A DNA stretch of 64,000 nucleotides from an uncultured bacterium (GTDB lineage: Bacteria; Verrucomicrobiota; Verrucomicrobiia; Limisphaerales; J093). Positions 19,921 through 29,317 of this stretch are shown one piece after another; position 1 is the first letter of the stretch, and every line of letters begins with the position of its first letter. The DNA lies in NCBI GenBank assembly GCA_963735925.1, contig CAVTMT010000005.1:59402-123401 (forward strand), in the 5' to 3' direction. A program made the translations under genes and the position numbers. The notes beneath the pieces were generated by a model. That model searched no databases and was not told the origin of the DNA. It saw only the letters and a program-made list of their open reading frames with translations.

Positions 19921-20451
19921 GTGAGTGTGTTGAGCGTCCTTTCGAAAAGCCTCCAGCAACCCGAGTACGTCCACGTCGTGTTGAATCATCTGCCGATCAC
20001 CGGACTCGGCGTGGCGTTTCTGGGTTTGGTCGCGGGCCTGGTCCTTCGGCAACGCGCCCTGCTATTCCTCGGTCTCGTGCTGGTGAGCCTGCTCTCGTTG
20101 TCCGCCTGGCCGGTGGCCGAATACGGCGAGCAGGGTTACGACCGGGTGCTCTCCATGGCCGATGACGACGGCCAAATCTACCTGGAGCGACATCGAGACC
20201 TGGCGGAGAAGTGGTTGTTTCTCTTTTATCTTACCGCGGTCGCCGGTGCCGCGGCGATTGCGATCGGGTGGAAGTGGTCCCGCTTCCTTTGGCCGGCCTC
20301 GCTGGCCGTGGCGATCTTGTGCCTGGGCAGTCTGGTGGCCGCCACGTTCATCGCGGAATCGGGCGGGGTGGTCCGCCATCGCGAGTTTCGCTTCGGCCCG
20401 CCGCTGCACGGCGCGGGCAGTCAATCGAGTTCCGGACAACCGCTTCCTTAA
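19921..20451 (+). CDS. Membrane protein, DUF2231-like
   Basis: HVVLNHLPI, four hydrophobic helices, ERH, GGVVRHREFR. Start codon uncertain. Confidence 0.65.
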   Translation: MSVLSVLSKSLQQPEYVHVVLNHLPITGLGVAFLGLVAGLVLRQRALLFLGLVLVSLLSLSAWPVAEYGEQGYDRVLSMADDDGQIYLERHRDLAEKWLFLFYLTAVAGAAAIAIGWKWSRFLWPASLAVAILCLGSLVAATFIAESGGVVRHREFRFGPPLHGAGSQSSSGQPLP

Positions 20452-20568
20452 CGGACTCGACCGGCCCGCGAAAGGCGGCTCTTCGGCGGCGGCTTTTCGG
20501 TTGCACCGACGGGCCGACTGCCTACGATGCCGCCTCCCGTGCCCACGCGCGGGGCAGGATTCTCCAGC

Positions 20569-21627
20569 ATGAAGAGCTACAACATCGCAGTCATCGGCGG
20601 CGACGGCACGGGTCCGGAAGTCGTGCGCGAGGCCGTCAAGGTCCTCGACGCCGCCGCCACGAAGTACCATCTCAAACTGAACTACACGCCGTACGACATG
20701 GGCGGCGAGCGCTACCTCAAGACCGGCGAAATCCTGCCCGACAGCGTGCTGGCGGACTTGCGGAAGTTCCCGGCCATTCTGCTGGGCGCCATCGGTCATC
20801 CGGGCGTGAAGCCCGGCATCCTGGAGAAGGGCATCCTGCTCCGCACCCGCTTCGAGCTGGAGCAATACATCAACCTCCGGCCGGTGAAGCTCTACGACGA
20901 GCGCTTTTGCCCGCTCAAGGACAAGCGGCCGGAGCACATCGACTTTGTGGTTGTCCGCGAAAACAACGAAGGCCTCTACACCGGCGCGGGCGGTTTCCTC
21001 GCCAAAGGCACGCCGAACGAGGTTGCTACGCAGGAAAGCATCAACACGCGGCGCGGCGTGGAGCGATGTCTGCGTTACGCCTTCGAGTACACCCGCAAGC
21101 GGAATCGCGCCAAAAAGCTCACGCTCTCCGGCAAAACCAACGTGCTCACTTACGCGTTCGATCTGTGGTTTCGCGCGTTCGAGGAGATCGGCGCGAAGGA
21201 TTACCCGGACATCACCCGCGACTACGCGCACGTGGATGCCACCACCATGTGGTTCGTGAAAAACCCGGAGTGGTTCGACGTGATTGTCACCGACAACATG
21301 TTCGGCGACATCATCACCGACCTGGGCGCGATGATCCAGGGCGGCATGGGCATCGCCGCCGGCGGCAACATCAACCCGCAGGGCACCTCAATGTTCGAGC
21401 CGATCGGTGGCAGCGCGCCGAAGTACACCGGCAAGAACGTCATCAACCCGCTGGCGGCCATCTGCGCCGGCCAGATGATGCTCGATTTCCTGGGCGAAAC
21501 CGCGGCCGCCGCAGCCATCGAAACCGCCGTGATCAAGGTCGTCCGGGAAAAGCTCAAGGATCTTGCCGCCGGCAAGATGGGCTATTCCACCACCCAGGTG
21601 GGGGATTTGGTGGCGTCCCTGGTTTGA
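20569..21627 (+). CDS. leuB: 3-isopropylmalate dehydrogenase
   Basis: GDGTGPEV, LLGAIG, INLRPVKL, VVVRENNEGLY, DNMFGDIITD, MFEPIGGSAP. Confidence 0.92.
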   Translation: MKSYNIAVIGGDGTGPEVVREAVKVLDAAATKYHLKLNYTPYDMGGERYLKTGEILPDSVLADLRKFPAILLGAIGHPGVKPGILEKGILLRTRFELEQYINLRPVKLYDERFCPLKDKRPEHIDFVVVRENNEGLYTGAGGFLAKGTPNEVATQESINTRRGVERCLRYAFEYTRKRNRAKKLTLSGKTNVLTYAFDLWFRAFEEIGAKDYPDITRDYAHVDATTMWFVKNPEWFDVIVTDNMFGDIITDLGAMIQGGMGIAAGGNINPQGTSMFEPIGGSAPKYTGKNVINPLAAICAGQMMLDFLGETAAAAAIETAVIKVVREKLKDLAAGKMGYSTTQVGDLVASLV

Positions 21628-21701
21628 TCCGGCCCGGGTTTGTTGGTCACGGCCGCTCTGCGTTTACGGGGCGGCCGCATCGTTGTCATGGTGCCGCCGG
21701 C

Positions 21702-22307
21702 ATGTCGAAACCGAACAACCAGCCAATCGAAGGCGGACAGGTCCGATGCGAATGGTGTCTGGGGCACGAACTCTACCTCGCCTATCACGACGAGGAATGG
21801 GGTGTGCCGGAGCATGACGACCAGAAGCTCTTCGAGAAGCTCATCCTCGATGGCGCCCAAGCCGGGCTGAGCTGGCTCACGATCTTGAAAAAGCGGGAAG
21901 GCTATCGCCGCGCCTTCGACGGTTTTGACGCGGAGAAGATCGCCCGCTACCCGGCCCGAAAGATCGAGGCGTTGCTGGCCGATCCCGGCATCGTTCGCAA
22001 CCGGCTGAAGGTGCAAGCGGCCGTCCTCAACGCTCGCGCCTACCTCAAGCTCCGCGAAGAGGTGGGCAGCTTCGACCGCTTTCTCTGGCAGTTCGTGGAT
22101 GCCCAACCGCAGCGAAATGCCCGGCGCCACCGGGAGCAAATCCCCGCGCGCACGCCGGAGTCGGATGCGCTCAGCGCCGCATTGCGGGCACGCGGATTCA
22201 AGTTCGTCGGCAGCACGATTTGCTATGCCTTCATGCAGGCTGTCGGCATGGTGAACGATCACCGCACCGACTGTTTTCGATACGCTCAGGTCGCCGGCAT
22301 GAGGTGA
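21702..22307 (+). CDS. tag: DNA-3-methyladenine glycosylase I
   Basis: RCEW, YHDEEWG, QAGLSWLTIL, IVRNRLK, GFKFVG, MQAVGMVNDH. Confidence 0.95.
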   Translation: MSKPNNQPIEGGQVRCEWCLGHELYLAYHDEEWGVPEHDDQKLFEKLILDGAQAGLSWLTILKKREGYRRAFDGFDAEKIARYPARKIEALLADPGIVRNRLKVQAAVLNARAYLKLREEVGSFDRFLWQFVDAQPQRNARRHREQIPARTPESDALSAALRARGFKFVGSTICYAFMQAVGMVNDHRTDCFRYAQVAGMR

Positions 22308-22463
22308 GCCGGCCGGAGGACGCCCCGCCGCACGTATTGGACAGCCAGGTCGGTGCTCCCGGCGTGCCGGCTGAGGAAAGCCGCTGCCGCTGCGCAGCGA
22401 GCCCCACTTGATTCGCGGCCGGATGGGAGCACATTGCGGCGTGACTCCAAACCCAACGCCGGC

Positions 22464-22940
22464 ATGAACTCACCTCTCGCTACCCGCGCAATCGCCTCGG
22501 AATTTGGGCGGCTCCTGCTGCTCGGCTGCCTGCTGCTCGGCGGACTGGCCGCCACGTCCTGTCGGAGCACGAAGTTTCCCGACCATCCCCAGGAACACCG
22601 CCTGGCTGTCGAGTTGCGCCAGGCGCCGCACCCTTACTACCGGTTGCTGGCCAACGGCGTCTTCAGCCGTACGGTGGGCCTTCAACCACCCGAGGAGGCC
22701 AAGCGGATGCTGGCCGAGATCAAGACGGACCATTGGGCCGCCCTTGCCACGATGGACGCAGCCCCGGCGATCACGACGTACCTGCGGGGCCATGGCTTGA
22801 ATGCCGTTGCGGACGCGATCCAGGCGGCGATGGATGCGTTGGCGAATCAGCAGCCTTCACCGCTGGACGGAAAACTGGAGGCCGCGGCGGTCAAACAAGG
22901 CTTGATCCAAGCCTATTACGGGCTGTTCCCACCGACCTGA
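22464..22940 (+). CDS. Hypothetical lipoprotein
   Basis: Hydrophobic stretch ending LAATSC; GC-rich codon usage. Confidence 0.55.
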   Translation: MNSPLATRAIASEFGRLLLLGCLLLGGLAATSCRSTKFPDHPQEHRLAVELRQAPHPYYRLLANGVFSRTVGLQPPEEAKRMLAEIKTDHWAALATMDAAPAITTYLRGHGLNAVADAIQAAMDALANQQPSPLDGKLEAAAVKQGLIQAYYGLFPPT

Positions 22941-22990
22941 ACCTCGGTTACCCGGCCGGGAGAGCCGGCTGGACAACTCCAAACCATCCC

Positions 22991-23968
22991 ATGAAAAATG
23001 CATTGGTCATCAGCGGTGGCGGCGCGAAGGGCGCGTTCGCGGTCGGGGCGGTCGAGGAACTGCGCCGGCAGAACCTGACCTTCGACCTGGTTGCCGGCAC
23101 AAGCACCGGGTCGCTGATTGCGCCGCTGGTGGCGACGGACGACATCCAGGTGCTGCGCTTCATTTACACCAGCGTGCGCAACGCCGACATCATCACCGAG
23201 CGGACCGTGGCGGATATCCTGACGCACGACGCCATCTACGACACCAACCCGCTGTGGAGCCTGATCAACTCCTTCCTCGATCAGGCTCGCTATGACAAAA
23301 TCCTCGCGTCCACCACCGAGGTCTATCTCACCACTGTCAACCTGCAGTCGGGACGGATCGAGTACTGGAACCCGCACTCCAGCGGGCCGAACGGCCAGGC
23401 CCTCGAATTGCGCGCGTTTCAGAAGGCCATGCTGGCCTCGGCGAGCATGCCGGTGCTCATGCCGCCGGTGGAGATTCGCGATGGGGCCAGTCAGTACGTG
23501 GACGGCGGGGTGCGCGAAATTGCGCCGCTCAAGATCGCCATCGATCAGGGCGCCACGGACATCTATGCCATCCTGCTTGCGCCGACGGACGGCGCGCCGA
23601 AGACCGACAGATTCGTGTTCATCGTCAACACGCTGCTGCGCACGATCGATCTCTTCACCACGGAAATCCTCGCGAGCGACCTGGCGAACGCCGTGCTGTA
23701 CAACCAGGCGATCAAGCACCGGACCCGGCTCCGCGCCCGGGCCGAGCGGTTGCTCGACCCGGGAGAAGTCGCGGCGCTCTTCGACGATCCGCAAAACCCC
23801 GATCCGTTTGCGGGCAAGCGCTTGTTGAATTTGTATGTGATCCAGCCCGAGACCGAGTTGCCGCTCGACGCCCTGCAGTTCGATCCGGTGGCCATGTCCC
23901 AGATCATGGCCCTGGGTGGAGAAGCGGCGCGGCGGGCACTCGCCGCCGGCCCGCTGGTATCCACCTGA
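22991..23968 (+). CDS. Patatin-like phospholipase
   Basis: SGGGAKG, GTSTG nucleophile elbow, ASASMP, YVDGG. Confidence 0.92.
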   Translation: MKNALVISGGGAKGAFAVGAVEELRRQNLTFDLVAGTSTGSLIAPLVATDDIQVLRFIYTSVRNADIITERTVADILTHDAIYDTNPLWSLINSFLDQARYDKILASTTEVYLTTVNLQSGRIEYWNPHSSGPNGQALELRAFQKAMLASASMPVLMPPVEIRDGASQYVDGGVREIAPLKIAIDQGATDIYAILLAPTDGAPKTDRFVFIVNTLLRTIDLFTTEILASDLANAVLYNQAIKHRTRLRARAERLLDPGEVAALFDDPQNPDPFAGKRLLNLYVIQPETELPLDALQFDPVAMSQIMALGGEAARRALAAGPLVST

Positions 23969-24038
23969 GTCGGGTCGGGCGCGCGTGGGCAGCGGCTTGC
24001 GCGGTCGCGAGAACCAACGGAACGAAAGCGACTCAGAT

Positions 24039-25985
24039 TCAGGCCGGGCTCCGCAGTCCGGCCGGCGCGGTTTTGGAGTCCCCCGGGCCCTTGGCGGCGG
24101 GCGGCACCAGCTTCTGGCCCCGCAAGCTGGCCCAGTAACGCGGGGGCAGCAGACCCAGACCGATCAGCGCGAGCTGGCTGGCGATGAAGCTCCAGAGCCA
24201 GAACGCGGCTTTGTCCATGAAGCCGTACGAGTGCAGGCCCACGCCGAGCATGTTCACCCCGAACCACGAAAAGCTGGTGACGATGTTGCCAAAGACGGCG
24301 AGGTTCATCAGCCCGCGTTCCTTGACCATGCCTCCCCAGCGGGCATGGAGGATCAAGGCGTTCCACAGGACGATGATCAGCGCGCCGTTTTCCTTGGGAT
24401 CCCAGCCCCAGAAGCGGCCCCAGGATTGATCGGCCCAAATCCCGCCCAGCACGGTGCCGACAAAACTGAACAAGGTGGCGAAACAGACCGTGCCATAGAC
24501 CATGCGGTTGAGCGCGCTGCGCGCCTCGGCATTCAGGCCGCGCGTGAATACGCCGCGGAAGATGAACACGATCGCGAGGAAGCCCGCGACAAACGTGGCC
24601 GAATATCCGAGCGTCACCGTGATGACGTGCGTACTGAGCCAGAAATTGCTGTCCAGCACGGCCCGCATCATTTCCATGGTGTCGCCGCCCACCGACAAGT
24701 TGTGGGCGATGATCTGGGTTACGAAGCCGATGGCCGACGCCATCACCAGCCCGACGCTGTCGCGGTAGATGCGCTCCAGCACCACGCCCAGCACCACCGC
24801 GCCCCAGCCCACGAAGACCGCCGACGAATACAAGTTGGTCACCGGCGGCCGCCCTTCGAGCACGACCCGGAACAGGATGCCGGCCGTGTGAACGGTCAGA
24901 CCGAGCACCAGAAGATAGAACCCGCTGCGGTTCAGCATCCGCGGCCAGCCGAACCAGGAAGCGCAGCCGAACAGGAAGGCGACCACGTAAATGGTGATGC
25001 TCAGGTAGAACGGCTGCCACTGGTTGAAGAGATACTCTTCGCGGCCCTTCTTCACCTCCGGGGCAAACGGGCCGGCCAACGACTGGCGGTAGCTGTCCAG
25101 CGCCTGGTTGAACGCCGCCGGCTGATCGTGGCGGAAGGCCGTCACCATCGCGGCGTAAGCTAGGGCGGCGGGCGGCACCTGCTTCGTGCTCAGCGCGTCC
25201 AGGAGACCGGTGCCGAGGTTCGACCAGGCATCCCGCTGCAGCTCGGGATGGACGGGCGGGAGGATCATCGCGTAGGCCGTTTGCGCGAGGTCATTGTAGC
25301 GGCGCACATGCCCCACCAATGCATTGAGCGCCTTCTCGTCGTGCGCCTGGCCGGCTTCGCTCTGGGCCGCTGCGGCCAGACCGGGCGCCAGGTCGCGCTG
25401 GAAGGCCGCAAGTTCGGCACTGAAGTCATCGATGTCTTCGGGCCGCAAGGTGCTCTTGAGCCGCTGGTAGAGGATCAAGTTCTGCTGCAGCTTGAAGACC
25501 GCCTTCTCGAACGTCGTCCGGCTGGCCGGCTGGATCGCCGCCGCCCGTTGCCCCTGCTTGTCGATCTCCGCGAGCTGCGGCGCCAGATCGTGCAACGAAA
25601 AGTAGAACGGTCCGGCGGCCGGCAGGCGCAACAGGCTGAGCAGCTCGGGGTGGTCGATGCGGAACACCTTCCGGTGGTCCGCCTGTTCGGGTTTGGCGGC
25701 CAGTTCGAGCAACCACTCCAGGGCGCTCATCCGCGTGTATTTCGCGGACGGCTGCCACCACGGGGCGTCCGGGTTCTTCACCTCGGCGAAGGCCTGGCGC
25801 GTGCGGATTTGGAGCAACGCGTTGCGGGCGACCGAATCGAGCGGTTGCACGCGGCCGTTGAGCAACACCGGCAGCCGTCCGAAATCCACGAGGTCGAACG
25901 CCGTCTTCTCGGCGGGCGGACGCAAGCCGCCCAGCACCCACAAGGCAAAGACACCGACGACGATCCAAGGCACGTACTTTTTCAT
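24039..25985 (-). CDS. ccsA: Cytochrome c biogenesis protein CcsA (system II) with large periplasmic domain
   Basis: GRVQPLD, RPPVTNLY, WLSTHV, WADQSWGRFWGWDPKEN, GLHSYG. Confidence 0.92.
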   Translation of the reverse strand: MKKYVPWIVVGVFALWVLGGLRPPAEKTAFDLVDFGRLPVLLNGRVQPLDSVARNALLQIRTRQAFAEVKNPDAPWWQPSAKYTRMSALEWLLELAAKPEQADHRKVFRIDHPELLSLLRLPAAGPFYFSLHDLAPQLAEIDKQGQRAAAIQPASRTTFEKAVFKLQQNLILYQRLKSTLRPEDIDDFSAELAAFQRDLAPGLAAAAQSEAGQAHDEKALNALVGHVRRYNDLAQTAYAMILPPVHPELQRDAWSNLGTGLLDALSTKQVPPAALAYAAMVTAFRHDQPAAFNQALDSYRQSLAGPFAPEVKKGREEYLFNQWQPFYLSITIYVVAFLFGCASWFGWPRMLNRSGFYLLVLGLTVHTAGILFRVVLEGRPPVTNLYSSAVFVGWGAVVLGVVLERIYRDSVGLVMASAIGFVTQIIAHNLSVGGDTMEMMRAVLDSNFWLSTHVITVTLGYSATFVAGFLAIVFIFRGVFTRGLNAEARSALNRMVYGTVCFATLFSFVGTVLGGIWADQSWGRFWGWDPKENGALIIVLWNALILHARWGGMVKERGLMNLAVFGNIVTSFSWFGVNMLGVGLHSYGFMDKAAFWLWSFIASQLALIGLGLLPPRYWASLRGQKLVPPAAKGPGDSKTAPAGLRSPA

Positions 25986-26005
25986 GACATTCTGGGGAAA
26001 CAAGA

Positions 26006-27265
26006 TCAGCGGGCCAACGCCTTCGCGGGCTTGCCCTTGGCAGGCTGCAGCCGGGTCCCCCGCTCGCGCACCACGGCGGGAGCGGCCGCGGCCGTGACCT
26101 TGGCCAGACGGCGACGGGCAAACCCGACCAGGTGCGTACCGAACTGGACGAGCAGCCCCAGCCCGACCAGCACACAGGCGATGTACGGGGTCAGCCAGCC
26201 GGGATTGCGAACGACCTGCAGCGTCGAGGTCGGCTTCTGTCCCGCCTGCCGCAAGTCTTCGCCGGCCATCATCTGGTACTGATAAAACGTGTAGCCGCCA
26301 TAGCGGAGCGGCTCATTCATGCGGATCAGCACTTCGCGATCCTCGCCCGTGGCGGGATTCCGCACGCGCACGCGACTCGAGAAATTGCGCGGGATGTCGG
26401 TGCCCTTGTAATTGTCGTGCCGTGCCTCCAGGAGCGTGATTGAAAACGGGTGGTAGTAACGGGCCAGCCGCATGGACAACTCGTATTGCTTGCCGGCCAC
26501 CTCGACGGCTTGCGGCGCGAGCAGCCAATCGCTGAGCAGCCAGGTGCCCAGCGACCCGCGATCGCCGACGAGTTCGACCACCGCGGTGGGGACGTTCCGT
26601 TCGTCGGTGCTGGTGACCGCCGGTCGCTCAACGAACTGCTGGTTCCGTCCGGCGCCCTGGGTGGCCATCGGCACCACTGCGTTCGTCTGGCCCCGCCGCG
26701 GCGCGGAGTTGATCCAGAACTGCCGCACCTTGATGGCGAATGGCAGGCTGGGAAGTCGCACCTCGGCGCCGGGATGCAACTTCGATTCCGGGATCGCGAC
26801 CACCTGGTCATGGTTCGGATCGCTCACGTCCGCCACCGCCAGTTCCGTGTGGCGCTGCGATTCCGAGTAGCTCTTGGTCTCGCCCTCTTCCAGGCGCACC
26901 ACGCTTTCGCGTTGCGCGAAGTCGGTCCAAAGCTGGCCGAGCAACAACAACACCAGGCCCGCATGGATGAGCAACAGCCCGGCGTGAACCCGGCGAAAGC
27001 CGATGCGGGTGGCGTAGGCCACGACCAGGTTCACCAGCAGCAGACCGCCCACCAGGTACCCGCCGGGGAAGACGGGGATGTGCAGGGCCGTGCCCGGCAC
27101 CTGCCAGAAGATGAACAGGCTCTGAAAATAGTGCGCCTGGACCGCGTACAATCCTTCGTTGACCTGGGCCAGCGTCCCCACAAACACGAGCACCGTCGCG
27201 CACGCCAGGCAGGCGACCGTGAGCTTCAGCGAGGAGAAGAAGCGAACCAAAGGGTTAGAGCGCAT
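26006..27265 (-). CDS. resB: ResB/CcsB-like cytochrome c biogenesis protein
   Basis: FFSSLKLTV, GLLLIHAG, NFSSRV, IRMNEPLRYGGYTFYQ, VVRNPG. Confidence 0.85.
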   Translation of the reverse strand: MRSNPLVRFFSSLKLTVACLACATVLVFVGTLAQVNEGLYAVQAHYFQSLFIFWQVPGTALHIPVFPGGYLVGGLLLVNLVVAYATRIGFRRVHAGLLLIHAGLVLLLLGQLWTDFAQRESVVRLEEGETKSYSESQRHTELAVADVSDPNHDQVVAIPESKLHPGAEVRLPSLPFAIKVRQFWINSAPRRGQTNAVVPMATQGAGRNQQFVERPAVTSTDERNVPTAVVELVGDRGSLGTWLLSDWLLAPQAVEVAGKQYELSMRLARYYHPFSITLLEARHDNYKGTDIPRNFSSRVRVRNPATGEDREVLIRMNEPLRYGGYTFYQYQMMAGEDLRQAGQKPTSTLQVVRNPGWLTPYIACVLVGLGLLVQFGTHLVGFARRRLAKVTAAAAPAVVRERGTRLQPAKGKPAKALAR

Positions 27266-28388
27266 ACTTGACAGTCTCGACGAATTGAACGAAGGCGGCC
27301 TTCTCCTTCTCGGCGACGGCGGGTTCGCCATTCAGCTTGTAGAACCAGGTCTGGCCGCCGCGGCTGACGGCCGCCGCGATCATCCGGCGGTGCGACGCGT
27401 CGTTGGTGAGGTCCACCAGATACGCCTGAGCGCCTTCCACCTTCAAGGGCGTGGACACTTTCGCCGGGTCGGTTTCGGTTGTCGGCTCCAGGCCGAGTTG
27501 CCGTCGCCAGCGGTTGATGTTGGCGAGCTCGCCGCCGCCATCCCCCGGCAGGACGACGACCGTGACGTCGGCCTTGCCCTCGGCACCTTCCGGGACGTAC
27601 TTCACCAGTTGCATCGGGCCGGGCGCGGCTTCCTTCCAGTTCGCGGGGGGCGTGAAGGTGGGTTTGGCACCCGCGGTGGCCGGGGCTTCGGCCGGCCCCG
27701 GCGCCGTTGGCGGTACGGCGGCCACGGCAGGCACGTGCGCCGGGGAGCTTGCCCCGGGGGCGGTTTCGAAGGTCAAGGTCTTGAGGAAACTGACGTAGGC
27801 CGGTTTCTGCTGGGCGACCAAGGCGTCGTCCCCGGTCATCTTGAAGAACCAGGCGGTGCCTTCGCGCCGCAGAATCGCCGCGAGCATCCGTTTGCGCAGC
27901 TTCTGGTCTTCCGGTCCGGCGAGGTCAAACAACTGACCGTCGCCGCCGCCCACGCTGACCTTCTCCGCCAGCTTGCCCAGGGCCTCGGCGGTGATGGGGG
28001 CCGCACCCAACTGGCCGAGCCAACGGTTGACGTTCTCCAGGTCGCCGCCGGCCATGCCGGGCAGGGGAATGATCGACACGTCCGCTTTCTGCCCGTTCTC
28101 GCCCGTAACGGCGAACGAGCCCACCCGCATCTGGCCCGCCGGCAATTCCTGCCAGCCGGCGGGAAGCTGCCACTTCACCTGCGGAACGCCGGCCGCCGGT
28201 TCCGGCGTCAGCATGCCCGCGGGCGGGTTGGGCGCGGCGGCGGCGGTATCTTTGGGCGCCTGATACTGGCGAACGCCCTCGCGATCGCAGCCGGTAATCC
28301 CCAGGAACACCACGGCCAACAGGGCCAGCGCGCCGGGCGCCGGCGACCGCCGTGAACCCGGCCGGATGGTCGAATAAACAAAACGCAT
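27255..28388 (-). CDS. Lipoprotein with two tandem homologous domains, upstream of resB-ccsA
   Basis: Lipobox LGITGC. Duplicated motif GGxLxN(V/I)NRWxxQLG and WF(F/Y)K(M/L)xG. Confidence 0.75.
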   Translation of the reverse strand: MRFVYSTIRPGSRRSPAPGALALLAVVFLGITGCDREGVRQYQAPKDTAAAAPNPPAGMLTPEPAAGVPQVKWQLPAGWQELPAGQMRVGSFAVTGENGQKADVSIIPLPGMAGGDLENVNRWLGQLGAAPITAEALGKLAEKVSVGGGDGQLFDLAGPEDQKLRKRMLAAILRREGTAWFFKMTGDDALVAQQKPAYVSFLKTLTFETAPGASSPAHVPAVAAVPPTAPGPAEAPATAGAKPTFTPPANWKEAAPGPMQLVKYVPEGAEGKADVTVVVLPGDGGGELANINRWRRQLGLEPTTETDPAKVSTPLKVEGAQAYLVDLTNDASHRRMIAAAVSRGGQTWFYKLNGEPAVAEKEKAAFVQFVETVKYAL

Positions 28389-28575
28389 ACAGGATTGTTA
28401 CTTGGCAGCGCAATTTTGGCAAATACTCCCGGTGCGGTTTTTGAAGCGGGGACGAACCCGGCGACCGGCGGGATCGTGGCGGGGGTCCGCCTGCCCGGTA
28501 TGGCTCGTCCAACCGCGACGGTTCGTCCAAGCCACGCTTGCCCGCGGGGCGGGGATTCGCATACGTTCGCGCGGC

Positions 28576-29301
28576 ATGATCATCGCACCATCGTTGCTCG
28601 CCGCGAACGCCGGCCGGCTGGCGGCCGAGGCCGGGCGCGCCCAGCGGGCGGGCGCCGATCGGCTGCACGTGGACATCATGGATGGGCACTTCGTCCCCAA
28701 CCTCACCTTCGGCCCGCACATCGTGCAGGCGGTGCGCAAGGCCACCCGCCTGCCGCTCGAGGTGCACCTGATGTGCGACCGGCCCGAGACGCTGCTGGAG
28801 CCGTTCCGGGAGGCCGGGGCCAGCCTGCTCACCGTCCACGTCGAACTCGGCAAGCGCGTCGCCCCGTTGCTCTGGAAGATCAAGTCGCTCGGCGCCCTGG
28901 CCGGCCTGGCGATCAATCCACCGACCCCCATCGCCGAGGTGCGGCCATTCCTGAAGCAAATCGATTTGTTGCTGGTGATGACCGTGAATCCGGGGTTCGG
29001 CGGCCAGGCCTTCATCGCGGAAACCGTGCCCAAGATCCAACAGGCGGCCGCGTGGCGACGCGCGGCGGGGTTGGACTTCGACCTGGAAGTGGACGGCGGC
29101 GTGAACTTTCAGACGGTTGCCGAATGCGCCCGCGCCGGCGCCGACACGTTCGTGAGCGGCACGACCCTATTTGGCCAGCACAGCCTGCGGCGGGCGATTC
29201 GCAGGTTGCGGCAGATCGCCGAACGCCATGCGCCGCCCCCGGCCACGCACGCGGTCTCGCCCGGGTTGGCGGCGGCGGCCTTCGGTCCGGGCCCGGGTTG
29301 A
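28576..29301 (+). CDS. rpe: Ribulose-phosphate 3-epimerase
   Basis: IAPSLL, HVDIMDGHFVPNLTFG, MTVNPGFGGQ, EVDGG. Confidence 0.95.
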   Translation: MIIAPSLLAANAGRLAAEAGRAQRAGADRLHVDIMDGHFVPNLTFGPHIVQAVRKATRLPLEVHLMCDRPETLLEPFREAGASLLTVHVELGKRVAPLLWKIKSLGALAGLAINPPTPIAEVRPFLKQIDLLLVMTVNPGFGGQAFIAETVPKIQQAAAWRRAAGLDFDLEVDGGVNFQTVAECARAGADTFVSGTTLFGQHSLRRAIRRLRQIAERHAPPPATHAVSPGLAAAAFGPGPG

Positions 29302-29317
29302 CCCGAACGCGCCGCCC

